A stretch of DNA of 18,539 nt. It comes from Thermodesulfobacteriota bacterium (GTDB taxonomy: Bacteria > Thermosulfidibacterota > Thermosulfidibacteria > Thermosulfidibacterales > B14-G1). The translations under genes were made by a program, and so were the position numbers. Location: assembly GCA_024274915.1 (NCBI GenBank), contig JAJSAC010000061.1, forward strand, positions 1 through 18,539, given 5' to 3'. Under the pieces are notes generated by a model. That model was not told where the DNA came from. It worked only from the letters and a program-made list of their open reading frames with translations, and did no database searches. Below are positions 1-8,066 of this stretch, piece after piece; position 1 is the stretch's first letter; each line of letters starts with the position of its first letter.

Positions 1-52
1 CCAGATAGCTCCACCCCATACTCTGAACCAACCGCCCCAGTGTCAGCGCCAT
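1..52 (-). CDS. murF: Partial CDS, N-terminal 17 codons (MALTLGRLVQSMGWSYL...) running off the window start; most likely the start of MurF (UDP-MurNAc-tripeptide--D-Ala-D-Ala ligase), inferred from its position immediately downstream of murE
   Basis: On the minus strand an ATG at 52 is preceded by GGAGGTGATGGAGG (a Shine-Dalgarno sequence about 10 nt upstream). The frame stays open to coordinate 1 and has an in-frame stop upstream at 86-88. Identity rests on dcw gene order only, because 17 residues are too few for a family assignment. Confidence 0.3.
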   Translation of the reverse strand, partial: MALTLGRLVQSMGWSYL

Positions 53-129
53 CCCAGGTCCTCCATCACCTCCTCGGCCACCTTCTTATCACTGAAGGGG
101 TAAACCTCATCTCCTATGATCTGATAGTC

Positions 130-1488
130 TTAATGCCCTTTACCGGCTATGAGGACCACATCACCGGGCTGGCGCCCCACTAGGGCCTTGCGAATAGCCT
201 TACCCCTTTGGGGCTCTACCAAGGCCTCCCCATTAACCCCTTCCAGGATATCCCGAATAATGGCCATGGGATCTTCGCTCCTGGGATTATCGGAGGTTAC
301 CACCACAACATCTGCCAACTCCGAAACCACAGCCCCCATAAGGGACCTTTTCCCCCGATCCCTGTCTCCACCGCAGCCAAAGACCACCACCAACTCACCT
401 CTGGTAATAGGTCTCAAAGCCCCCAGCACTACCTTCAAGGCATCGGGCGTATGGGCATAGTCTACGAAAACTCCCACCCCTTTAGCATTATCCACCCGCT
501 CCAGCCGGCCATCAACTCCCCTGAAGGTTTCTAACCCCCTCTTAATCTCCTTGGGTTCCACCCCCAAAGAGGAGAGGACACCCCAGGCCGCTAGGAGATT
601 AAGGGCATTGTGCCTCCCCACCAATGGGGAGCTGACGTCAAACTGCCCCCGAGGCTCCCTTATCTCCATAACCAGCCCATCCACCCTCAAAACCTCTATC
701 TCACCCTTAAAAGGTGCCTCCCTCTCCAAAGAGTAACCTACAGCCCCAGTGTCCAGTTCCATCAACAGCCTTCTACCATAGGGGTCATCTAGGTTGATAA
801 GGGAAGGTCCCAAGGTTTGGTGAGTAAAGAGGTTCTTTTTGGCCCAGTAGTAGTGATCCATGGTCTTATGGAAGTCCAGATGGTCCCTGGAAAGATTGGT
901 GAAGGCTGACACATGGAATGGAAGGCCTTCCACTCTGCCCAGGGTTAGAGCATGGGAAGAAACCTCCATAACCACATAACCGATCCCTTTAGCCAGGGCT
1001 TCCTTGAGAAGCTTCCACAGGACCAAAGGTGGAGGGGTAGTCCTCTCAGCCTTCATCACTCTTCCCCCCATCTTGTAGGCCACAGTACCCACGAGAAGGA
1101 CCTTTTCTCCCACCCCCTCCAGCACATGGGTGATGAGATGGGTGACGGTGGTCTTGCCATTGGTCCCCGTCACTCCGATCAGGGTGAGGGCCTCATGGGG
1201 CCTGCCATAGAAGTTCCTAGCCAAATAGGGGAGAAGTCGTCGGGTGTCTTCCACTTTAATCTGGGGTATCGGCAAATCCAGATCTCCTTCCACCACCAAA
1301 ACGCTGGCACCCTTCTCCACCGCTTGAGGAGCATGCAGATGGCCATCAGTGGCAAAGCCCTTTATACAGACAAAGATATACCCTGGCTTCACTTCCCGAG
1401 AATCGTCGGTTATGCCCTCTACCTCCAAGCCCTCTAGATGCGAAGGAAGGGAAATTCCCAGCCCCTGAAACACCTCTTGTAACTTCAT
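130..1488 (-). CDS. murE: UDP-N-acetylmuramoyl-L-alanyl-D-glutamate--2,6-diaminopimelate ligase (MurE); start re-called to the internal ATG (MKLQEVFQGL...)
   Basis: Mur-ligase P-loop GVTGTNGKTTVTHLI and the MurE-type N-terminal domain (DDSREVKPGYIFVCIKG). The C-terminal Mur ligase domain is also present. The longer ORF-track N-terminus overlaps rsmH and lacks an RBS. The ATG at 1488 lies 5 nt downstream of the rsmH stop. Confidence 0.85.
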   Translation of the reverse strand: MKLQEVFQGLGISLPSHLEGLEVEGITDDSREVKPGYIFVCIKGFATDGHLHAPQAVEKGASVLVVEGDLDLPIPQIKVEDTRRLLPYLARNFYGRPHEALTLIGVTGTNGKTTVTHLITHVLEGVGEKVLLVGTVAYKMGGRVMKAERTTPPPLVLWKLLKEALAKGIGYVVMEVSSHALTLGRVEGLPFHVSAFTNLSRDHLDFHKTMDHYYWAKKNLFTHQTLGPSLINLDDPYGRRLLMELDTGAVGYSLEREAPFKGEIEVLRVDGLVMEIREPRGQFDVSSPLVGRHNALNLLAAWGVLSSLGVEPKEIKRGLETFRGVDGRLERVDNAKGVGVFVDYAHTPDALKVVLGALRPITRGELVVVFGCGGDRDRGKRSLMGAVVSELADVVVVTSDNPRSEDPMAIIRDILEGVNGEALVEPQRGKAIRKALVGRQPGDVVLIAGKGH

Positions 1489-1493
1489 AGGAC

Positions 1494-2408
1494 CTAGCCT
1501 TTCTGAAAGACCCTGAGTTTCCCGCTTCGGGACCTTATATTCTCCTCTACCTCTTCGGCCGAGGGAGTGACAGGCTTCTTGGTGATCACCTCTCCCAGAC
1601 CCTCCCTCTCCCATTCTCTAAAGGTCCTCTTGACCGTCCCGTCCTCCAAAGAATGGAAAGAAATAACCAAAAATCTTCCTCCGGGCTTCAACACCTCCAA
1701 ACCCGCCTCCAGCCCCCTTCCCAGCTCTTCCAACTCCTTATTAACCTCAATCCTCAACGCTTGGAAGACCCGGGTGGCTGGGTGAATCTTTTTGGGGTGA
1801 AACTTCTTGGGAATAGACCACTCTACCACCTGGGCCAATGCCGTAGTAGTGGTGATGGCAAATTTCTTTCTGGTCTCCACAATGTTCCTGGCGATCTTTT
1901 GGGCCCATCTCTCCTCCCCATACTCCCTGAAGATCCTCTCCAGTTCCCCTTGGGAATAGGTGTTCACCACATGGGCCGCGGTAAGATCCTGCTCCCTGTC
2001 CATGCGCATATCCAGAGGTTCTTCCCTATGAAAAGAGAACCCCCTTCCCTCTCCTTCCAACTGGAGGGAAGAAAGGCCCAAATCCAACAGAAAGGCATCA
2101 ACATCTTCTACAGCCAGCTCTTCCAGGATCCCTTCCACCTGGCTGTAAAGGCTGTGGACCAACCTCAACCGATCCCTATATAGAGCCAGATGCTCGGCGG
2201 CCACCTTCAATGCCTCTTCATCCCTGTCTATGCCGATGTAAAGCCTAGGTTCCAAGCTCTCCAGGATGGCCAAGGCATGGCCGCCCCCTCCCAGAGTGCC
2301 GTCCACAAAAATCCCCCCTCTGCACGGCTCAAGATAATGTACCACCTCTCTGACCATTACAGGAATGTGAAGAGGGGTTACCCTTTCCCTTTCCTCTCTT
2401 TTCTCCAT
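1494..2408 (-). CDS. rsmH: 16S rRNA (cytosine1402-N4)-methyltransferase RsmH/MraW
   Basis: Signature GGIFVDGTLGGGGHA (SAM-binding) and the HIPVMVREVV N-terminal motif. 304 aa is typical of the family. Confidence 0.9.
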   Translation of the reverse strand: MEKREERERVTPLHIPVMVREVVHYLEPCRGGIFVDGTLGGGGHALAILESLEPRLYIGIDRDEEALKVAAEHLALYRDRLRLVHSLYSQVEGILEELAVEDVDAFLLDLGLSSLQLEGEGRGFSFHREEPLDMRMDREQDLTAAHVVNTYSQGELERIFREYGEERWAQKIARNIVETRKKFAITTTTALAQVVEWSIPKKFHPKKIHPATRVFQALRIEVNKELEELGRGLEAGLEVLKPGGRFLVISFHSLEDGTVKRTFREWEREGLGEVITKKPVTPSAEEVEENIRSRSGKLRVFQKG

Positions 2409-2450
2409 GGGCTAATCTAATAAACCAAAACCGTCCCAGGAGCAAATGGT

Positions 2451-2852
2451 ATGGGAAAGGGACCCATAGACGTGGTGGCGGGAGTGATTACATGGAAGGA
2501 TCGGGTTCTTCTTCACCAGAGGCGAAAGGGGGACACGTTAGAGGGTACATGGGAATTCCCAGGAGGAAAGGTGGAAGAAGGAGAAGGCCAGAAAGAAGCT
2601 CTGAAAAGGGAAATCTTAGAAGAATTAAACCTGGAGATAGAGGTTAAAGAGAAACTGGGAGAGGTGGTACATAGATATCCCCACATTCATATCCGTCTCA
2701 TAGCCTACAAAGCCCTGGCCCAAAGGGGAGAAATGGAAAGCCGGGAAGGGAGATGCCTCTGGGTCCGGCCCCACGAAGTGAAGAACTACCTCCTCTCTCC
2801 AGCGGACTCCAGGCTCTGGCGGAAGATAAAAGGTGCCCTGGGCCAAGAATAA
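2451..2852 (+). CDS. Nudix hydrolase, MutT-like (8-oxo-dGTP diphosphatase family)
   Basis: Complete Nudix box GGKVEEGEGQKEALKREILEELNL (GX5EX7REUXEEXGU). 133 aa. AGGAG Shine-Dalgarno 9 nt upstream of the ATG. Confidence 0.85.
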   Translation: MGKGPIDVVAGVITWKDRVLLHQRRKGDTLEGTWEFPGGKVEEGEGQKEALKREILEELNLEIEVKEKLGEVVHRYPHIHIRLIAYKALAQRGEMESREGRCLWVRPHEVKNYLLSPADSRLWRKIKGALGQE

Positions 2853-3288
2853 TGGTTTCTACATCCTGATTCTCCACATGGAGAAAGAGACCACCATCAC
2901 CATAGGCAAACTGGGGACCATCCCCTTTCCCCCTGGTACCTACTGCTATGTGGGCCGTGCTAAGACCTGCCTCAGACAGAGAATCGCCCGCCACTCCAGG
3001 AAAACCAAATCCCTAAGATGGCACATAGACCACCTCCTGCCCCACGTGGAGATACAATCCGTCTTCCTCCTTCCCCTCGACAGCGCTACGGAGTGTGCCC
3101 TGGCTCGGCACCTGACGGAAAAAGGGGGCACACCTTACCCCACGCGCTTCGGCGCATCCGACTGCCGCTGTCCGGGCCATCTGATCCATCTCCCAATCCA
3201 CCACTCCCATCAGATCCTCTCTAACCTTACTAAAGCAGCAATCCCTCCCAGGTTGACTGGCAACCCCCCAGGATATAAACAAAACTAA
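2833..3288 (+). CDS. DUF123 / GIY-YIG-like (Uri superfamily, COG1833-type) putative nuclease; GTG start overlapping the Nudix 3' end by 20 nt
   Basis: GFYILIL...TITIGKLG...PGTYCYVGRA...RIARH...LRWHIDHLL matches the DUF123 pattern (GxY..hh......hGKLG....GYYVYVGSA...R..RH....K..HWHIDYL) as recalled. The conserved N-terminal GFY is only included if the in-frame GTG at 2833 is used; the next ATG is at 2878. Confidence 0.6.
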   Translation: MPWAKNNGFYILILHMEKETTITIGKLGTIPFPPGTYCYVGRAKTCLRQRIARHSRKTKSLRWHIDHLLPHVEIQSVFLLPLDSATECALARHLTEKGGTPYPTRFGASDCRCPGHLIHLPIHHSHQILSNLTKAAIPPRLTGNPPGYKQN

Positions 3289-3330
3289 ATCTGATTTCGG
3301 AATGGCTAAAACCAAGGGAGGAGAGGAAAG

Positions 3331-4470
3331 GTGGATTTCAGCTTCAGCGAAAAGGAAGCGCTGCTCCGCAAATCCATTGCAGAGTTTGCCAAAAGGGAAA
3401 TCGCCCCCCTAGTGGATAAGATGGAGTCCCAGGGCGGCTTTGCCCCTGAAATCATCCCCCAGTTGGGGAAGATGGGCATCCTGGGTATCATTACCCCCCC
3501 TGAATACGGGGGCAACGGCATGGGTCATGTAGCCAAGACCATTGCCGTGGAGGAGATCTCCAAGGTCTGCCCCGGGGTAGGTCTCGTCCTGGAAGGCCAC
3601 TATGTCTGCACCTATCTCATCCAAACCTTCGGGTCCGAAGAACAGAAGAGAAATTACCTCCCCAGGCTCACCTCAGGCGAAACTCTGGGCTCCTTGGCCG
3701 TGACGGAACCCACCGGCGGCTCGGACGTGGCTGGCATCCAAACCATGGCCAAGAGAGAAGGTCGTCACTATACAGTTACGGGCAGGAAGTGCTTCATCTC
3801 CAACTCCCACGTGGCCACCGTCCATGCCACCCTGGCCCGAACAGGAGAAGGCCCCAAGGACTTCGCCGTCTTTATCGTAGAAAACTCCTTCCCCGGCTTC
3901 TCCCTGGGCCGCACGGAGAACAAGATGGGCCTTAGAAGCGCCACTACGGGAGAACTCATCCTGGAGAACTGCCAGGTCCCCATAGAAAACCTGGTGGGCA
4001 GAGAGGGAGACGGAGTGAAACAGGTCTTGGCCACCATCAACCAGGCGGCCAGGCCCACCATGGCCGCCGTAGCAGTGGGCATTTGTTATGCTTCCCTGGA
4101 GGAGGCTGCCAGATTTGCCAGGGAAAGGGTCCTCTACGGCAAACCCATTTCCAATCTCCAAGCTATCCAGTTCCTCCTAGCCGATATCTTTGCCCAAGCC
4201 GAAGCAGCCAGGCTCCTCACTTATCGGGCCGCCAGCCTCTTGGACCAAGGGCAGCCCTCGGACATAGAAGCCACTATGGCCAAGTATGTGGCCTGCGAAG
4301 CCGCCTTCCAATGCGCCCGTTGGGCGGCTGACATCCATGGAGGATACAGTGTGATCAAGGAGTTCGCCATAGAACGCCTACTCCGAGACGCCTGGGTCAC
4401 CATTCCCAGCTCAGGCACAGCCCAGGTGGCTAAAGTGGTGCTGGGTAGGCACGCCGCCAAGAACTTTTAA
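3331..4470 (+). CDS. Acyl-CoA dehydrogenase family protein (short/medium-chain-like, 379 aa), GTG start
   Basis: N-terminal MDFSFSEKEALLRKSIAEFAKREIAPL, middle and C-terminal ACAD domains. Strong Shine-Dalgarno AAGGGAGGAGAGGAAAG directly upstream of the GTG. The C-terminal YEGT catalytic motif is replaced (see findings). Confidence 0.85.
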   Translation: MDFSFSEKEALLRKSIAEFAKREIAPLVDKMESQGGFAPEIIPQLGKMGILGIITPPEYGGNGMGHVAKTIAVEEISKVCPGVGLVLEGHYVCTYLIQTFGSEEQKRNYLPRLTSGETLGSLAVTEPTGGSDVAGIQTMAKREGRHYTVTGRKCFISNSHVATVHATLARTGEGPKDFAVFIVENSFPGFSLGRTENKMGLRSATTGELILENCQVPIENLVGREGDGVKQVLATINQAARPTMAAVAVGICYASLEEAARFARERVLYGKPISNLQAIQFLLADIFAQAEAARLLTYRAASLLDQGQPSDIEATMAKYVACEAAFQCARWAADIHGGYSVIKEFAIERLLRDAWVTIPSSGTAQVAKVVLGRHAAKNF

Positions 4471-4475
4471 ACTGT

Positions 4476-4507
4476 GGCCAAAAAGGCCAGGCCTTATTAG
4501 CCTGGCC
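4476..4507. terminator. GC-rich hairpin between convergent genes (tggcc-aaaaa-ggcca nested with ggccaggc-cttatta-gcctggcc). On the minus strand it is followed by TTTTT, so it is a likely intrinsic terminator for the amidohydrolase gene and possibly bidirectional.
   Basis: Inverted repeats read directly: 8-bp stem with 7-nt loop, and a T5 tract on the minus-strand side. Confidence 0.4.
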
Positions 4508-4519
4508 CTTGGTAATACT

Positions 4520-5341
4520 CTAACCCAGCTCCAAGAACCTGACAGGATTATCCGAAAGGACCTTCTCCACCACCTCCGATTTCAGACCTTTGTGGGCCCG
4601 GAGTTCAGTGATGATACGCTTCCTGCTCACCAGGGGATAATCAGAACCAAAAAGAACCTTATCCTTCAAAGGCCCGTTTATGTACTTAATGAGAAGATCA
4701 GGGTAGTGCTTAGGAGCCCACCCAGCGATGTTGAGATAGAGGTTCTCGTGGCGCATGGCCAAAGCGATGGCATCCCCTACCCATGGCCAGCCGAAATGGG
4801 CGGCCACGATCTTAAGATTGGGAAAATCCACGGCCACATCGTCAAGGTCCAAGGGATGACAGTAGCGCAAACGGGTTCGGTCATGGTACTGGGTGCCCGT
4901 GTGAAAAAGGACGGGAATACCCAAATCCTGGGCTAACTCGTAGATGGGGTAAAAGAGAGGATCGTTGGTCCTCAGCTCGTTCAGGTGGGGAATGAACTTG
5001 AGCCCCTTGAGGTCCAGCTCCTTGACAGCATACTCTAGCTCCTCCAGGGCCAGGACCCCTTTCCTGGGATCCACCCCAGCAAAGCCTATGAGCCGGTGGG
5101 GATACTTCTGGACGGCCTGAGCCACCAGCTCGTTTGGGGTCTTGAATCCAAAAGTGGTCTCGGCATCTACGGCCACAATAACGGCCTTATCCACTCCGGC
5201 CTCATCCATGTCCTCAATGGTGTCTTCAATGGTAGGGGTGAGGTGGTGGCCAAACATCTTCTGATAGTTCTCCAGCATGAAGTCGGGAAAAGTTGCCAGG
5301 GCCTCCTGGGTCCAAAGCTGGGAATGGGTATCCACAATCAT
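4520..5341 (-). CDS. Amidohydrolase-2 family (PF04909-like) TIM-barrel metal-dependent hydrolase/decarboxylase
   Basis: N-terminal IVDTHSQLW (metal-binding HxH region), AAHFGWPW and FGSDYP C-terminal motifs typical of amidohydrolase_2. GGGAGGAGAGG Shine-Dalgarno directly upstream of the ATG. Confidence 0.8.
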   Translation of the reverse strand: MIVDTHSQLWTQEALATFPDFMLENYQKMFGHHLTPTIEDTIEDMDEAGVDKAVIVAVDAETTFGFKTPNELVAQAVQKYPHRLIGFAGVDPRKGVLALEELEYAVKELDLKGLKFIPHLNELRTNDPLFYPIYELAQDLGIPVLFHTGTQYHDRTRLRYCHPLDLDDVAVDFPNLKIVAAHFGWPWVGDAIALAMRHENLYLNIAGWAPKHYPDLLIKYINGPLKDKVLFGSDYPLVSRKRIITELRAHKGLKSEVVEKVLSDNPVRFLELG

Positions 5342-5475
5342 CCTCTCCTCCCTTTTGGCGATACTGTAAAAGCTTTTGTGAGCCTACAACCTAAGAGGCC
5401 CTTTGTAAAGGAAGGGGAAGAAGCTTACAACCATGTAAGGTTGTAAATAGGCACTTCCTCATTTACTATCCCCCC

Positions 5476-6459
5476 ATGGTTCTCAAAGGCCTGGAAGAAG
5501 CCCTGGAAGAGTATTTGAAAAAGGAGATCTTTCCCCAGATGGCCCCCGGCCCCTATGGCCCCATAGAGATAAAGGTCTTGGCCTCAGAAAAACCTGTCTA
5601 TCTCTTCCGGGAAGAGACAGGAGGAATGGAAGTGGTGGGCAAGTTTTTCCAGTGGGGGAAAATAGATACCAACACAGCCACCAGGAGGATGGAGAGGGAG
5701 TACCGAAACCTTATGACTGTGTTGAAGCTGGGAATGGACGGGGGAGACTTCCGAGTCACCAAGGCCTATGGAAGAAATCCCGACTTGATGGCCGGGCTCT
5801 TCACGGAAAAGGCCATGGGTAAAGATCTAGACCACTATCTCGACAGGGCCATCACCAAAGGACAACAAAAGAGGCTCCACAAGAAGGTGAAGAGACTGGC
5901 CCAGTGGATGGCCTGTCTCCACGGCAGAAGCGAAAGGAAGATGGGAGCAAACTACCAACTGGCCCGAGAATATCTAGAAAAACTCCTCTCTTCCCTCTCC
6001 CTAGGAGAAGCCCTAAGCCGCAAACTGGAAACCTCCATCAGGAATCACGCCTCCCGGTGGTGGGCAAGTTCTCCTCCGAAAGACCAGGAAGTCCTGGTCC
6101 ACGGCGATGCCACCCCCACCAACTTCTTTTTCTTCGGAGACAGGGTGACAGCCATAGACCTGGAAAGGCTGAAAGAAGCCGATAGGTGCTGGGATCTTGG
6201 ATTTGCGGCGGCGGAGCTAAAACACTATCACCTTTGGAAGGGAGGCCATAAATGGCAAGCTGAACCGTTCGTTGAAGCCTTTCTCAAAACCTACTCCCAG
6301 ACCCTGGGGACACCCGGAACCTTCGAGAGGACCATCAGTAAACTACCCCTATACATGGCCTTGGGACTGCTACGCATAGCAAGAAACCCCTGGCTCCATC
6401 AGGAATACAGGGAGACCATAATACACGAGGCAAAGGAATGTCTAAAATACGGGCTGTGA
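5476..6459 (+). CDS. Phosphotransferase-family protein with an aminoglycoside-phosphotransferase/choline-kinase-like kinase fold
   Basis: Catalytic-loop/Brenner-type motif VLVHGDATPTNFFF followed by AIDLERL (the HGDxxxxN ... IDxE pattern of APH/ChoK-like kinases). No clear Shine-Dalgarno at 5476; the alternative ATG at 5539 has AAAAGGAGA upstream. Confidence 0.7.
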   Translation: MVLKGLEEALEEYLKKEIFPQMAPGPYGPIEIKVLASEKPVYLFREETGGMEVVGKFFQWGKIDTNTATRRMEREYRNLMTVLKLGMDGGDFRVTKAYGRNPDLMAGLFTEKAMGKDLDHYLDRAITKGQQKRLHKKVKRLAQWMACLHGRSERKMGANYQLAREYLEKLLSSLSLGEALSRKLETSIRNHASRWWASSPPKDQEVLVHGDATPTNFFFFGDRVTAIDLERLKEADRCWDLGFAAAELKHYHLWKGGHKWQAEPFVEAFLKTYSQTLGTPGTFERTISKLPLYMALGLLRIARNPWLHQEYRETIIHEAKECLKYGL

Positions 6460-7151
6460 TTTTCGACCTTTACGGTACTTTGGTAGATATCCTCACCAAC
6501 GAAGGGAAAGACGAGATTTATAAGATCCTGGCCCTTTACCTCCAGTATTACGGGGCCAAGGTGACAGGCGATCAGCTCAGGGGCTCTTTGGGGCTGGAGA
6601 TGGATCGGATGAAGAAATCCGACAAGGAGCGCTACCCCGAAGTGGATCTGGAAGAGGTCTTTTCCCGGGTGCTCCACAAGGAGGGTCTGGACCATCCCTT
6701 TATGGTAGAATCCTGCTGTAAGTTATTCAGGCTCCTGAGTCGGGAAAGGTTCCAGCTCTTTCCAGAAACCCTCACCATCCTCAGGGAGCTGAAACGGGGA
6801 GGATACCCTTTGGCCCTCCTCTCCGACGCACAGAAAGTCTTTTCCATAGAAGAGATGAAAATGCTGGGCTTGGACGGGTTTTTCGACTATGTTCTCATGT
6901 CCACCCAGTTTGGTTTTAAAAAACCCGATCCCCGCCTTTTTGCCATGGCCTGTGCCCTCCTGGGGGTGAAGCCCGAGGAGTGTGTCTACGTGGGGGACAG
7001 CCCCAAAAGGGATGTGAAAGGGGCCCTGGAGACGGGCATGACGGTGGTTTTAGTGAGGTCCACAGAGGATAAGCTGCCCAGAGAACAACAGCCCCATCAC
7101 AAGGCCAGGGACCTGAAGGACTTCTGGATGTGGCTTAAGGAAAAGGGTTGA
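6438..7151 (+). CDS. HAD-superfamily hydrolase (subfamily IA-like)
   Basis: Motif I FDLYGTLVD (DxDGT), C-terminal VGDSPKRDV (motif IV, GDxxxD). Overlaps the upstream kinase by 22 nt; AAAGGAA Shine-Dalgarno. Confidence 0.8.
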   Translation: MSKIRAVIFDLYGTLVDILTNEGKDEIYKILALYLQYYGAKVTGDQLRGSLGLEMDRMKKSDKERYPEVDLEEVFSRVLHKEGLDHPFMVESCCKLFRLLSRERFQLFPETLTILRELKRGGYPLALLSDAQKVFSIEEMKMLGLDGFFDYVLMSTQFGFKKPDPRLFAMACALLGVKPEECVYVGDSPKRDVKGALETGMTVVLVRSTEDKLPREQQPHHKARDLKDFWMWLKEKG

Positions 7152-7174
7152 AGCCCACTTCACCAGGATTTGGA

Positions 7175-8065
7175 TCAGTCCTCCAAGAGTACCTCTTTCA
7201 ACCTCTGGGCTATCTCCAGGGCTTGGTGGAAGGGCCTCTGCCAGATATTTCGACCAAAAATGAACCCCGTAGCTCCCGCCTCAACACAGAGTCGGGCCCT
7301 TCTAAGAAGCTCTTCATCGTCCACTCTACCACCACCGGCAATGATGACCGGGATCTTCCCTGCCGCCATCACCACCCTCTTCATGGCCTCTTCCAGGCCG
7401 ATCTCTTTCACTAGATCGTCGTAAGGAGAGGGTAACTCATGGGCCCTTTCCCTGTCCAAAATGGGAATGTTCACCTTCACCATGTCAGCCCCCAGCTCTA
7501 AAGCCACTCTGGCAGCATATTCAACAGCGTACAGGCTGTTCCTACCCCCCTTGGCCTCTATATCCCTACCCCGGGGATAAGCCCAAACAATGACGGGCAT
7601 ACCTAGCCGCTCCGCTTCCCGCCTCACCTCACAGAACTGGGCAAAGTCCCTGTCCTGGGAGGGAGAACCCACATAAAGGGTGTAACCCACGGCATCTGCC
7701 CCCAGGCGCACAGCGTCTTCCACGGTGGCCGTCAATGAGGAAAAGGCCTCTTCATCCGAAGGAACACTGGTCTTGCCATTGATCTTGAGAATGAGGGGCA
7801 CCAAACCAGCATAGTCTCTCATGTACTTCATGGCCAAACCGGGCTGAAAAACGATTCCGGAAAATCCTCCTTCCACCGCCACCTTAAGCTGGAACTCGGG
7901 ATCGGCGCTCTCAGGGTTGGCAAAGAAGTCCCTGGGACCATGTTCCAATCCCTGGTCTATGGGAAGAAACAAGGCCTTACCATTGCCCGGTCCGTGAAGA
8001 TACAACAGACGATAAAGCCTGGTCTTTTTACCAGCGCTTCCCGTTATCTCATCCAAAAAACCCAT
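7175..8065 (-). CDS. Class I (Schiff-base, DhnA/FbaB archaeal-type) fructose-bisphosphate aldolase family protein. The related ADH-synthase subfamily is not excluded.
   Basis: 296-aa TIM-barrel protein with the family-typical LILKINGKT and VKVNIPI segments, as recalled. Translationally coupled to the upstream PfkB kinase: the Shine-Dalgarno AAGGAGGTG lies inside the kinase's last codons. Confidence 0.55.
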   Translation of the reverse strand: MGFLDEITGSAGKKTRLYRLLYLHGPGNGKALFLPIDQGLEHGPRDFFANPESADPEFQLKVAVEGGFSGIVFQPGLAMKYMRDYAGLVPLILKINGKTSVPSDEEAFSSLTATVEDAVRLGADAVGYTLYVGSPSQDRDFAQFCEVRREAERLGMPVIVWAYPRGRDIEAKGGRNSLYAVEYAARVALELGADMVKVNIPILDRERAHELPSPYDDLVKEIGLEEAMKRVVMAAGKIPVIIAGGGRVDDEELLRRARLCVEAGATGFIFGRNIWQRPFHQALEIAQRLKEVLLED

Positions 8066-8066
8066 T

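Noticed and set aside
1489-1614. ORF-track N-terminal extension of MurE (MGEGGSGRGDHQ...)
   Set aside because: It overlaps rsmH in another frame. The ATG at 1488 (MKLQEVF...) is the family-typical start position.
952-2183. Plus-strand ORFs of 161 aa and 176 aa (and several others of 60-110 aa) lying inside the murE/rsmH coding regions
   Set aside because: They are antisense shadows of strongly supported minus-strand genes. They have no ribosome-binding sites and a low-complexity proline/serine/histidine composition typical of out-of-frame reading of GC-rich coding DNA.
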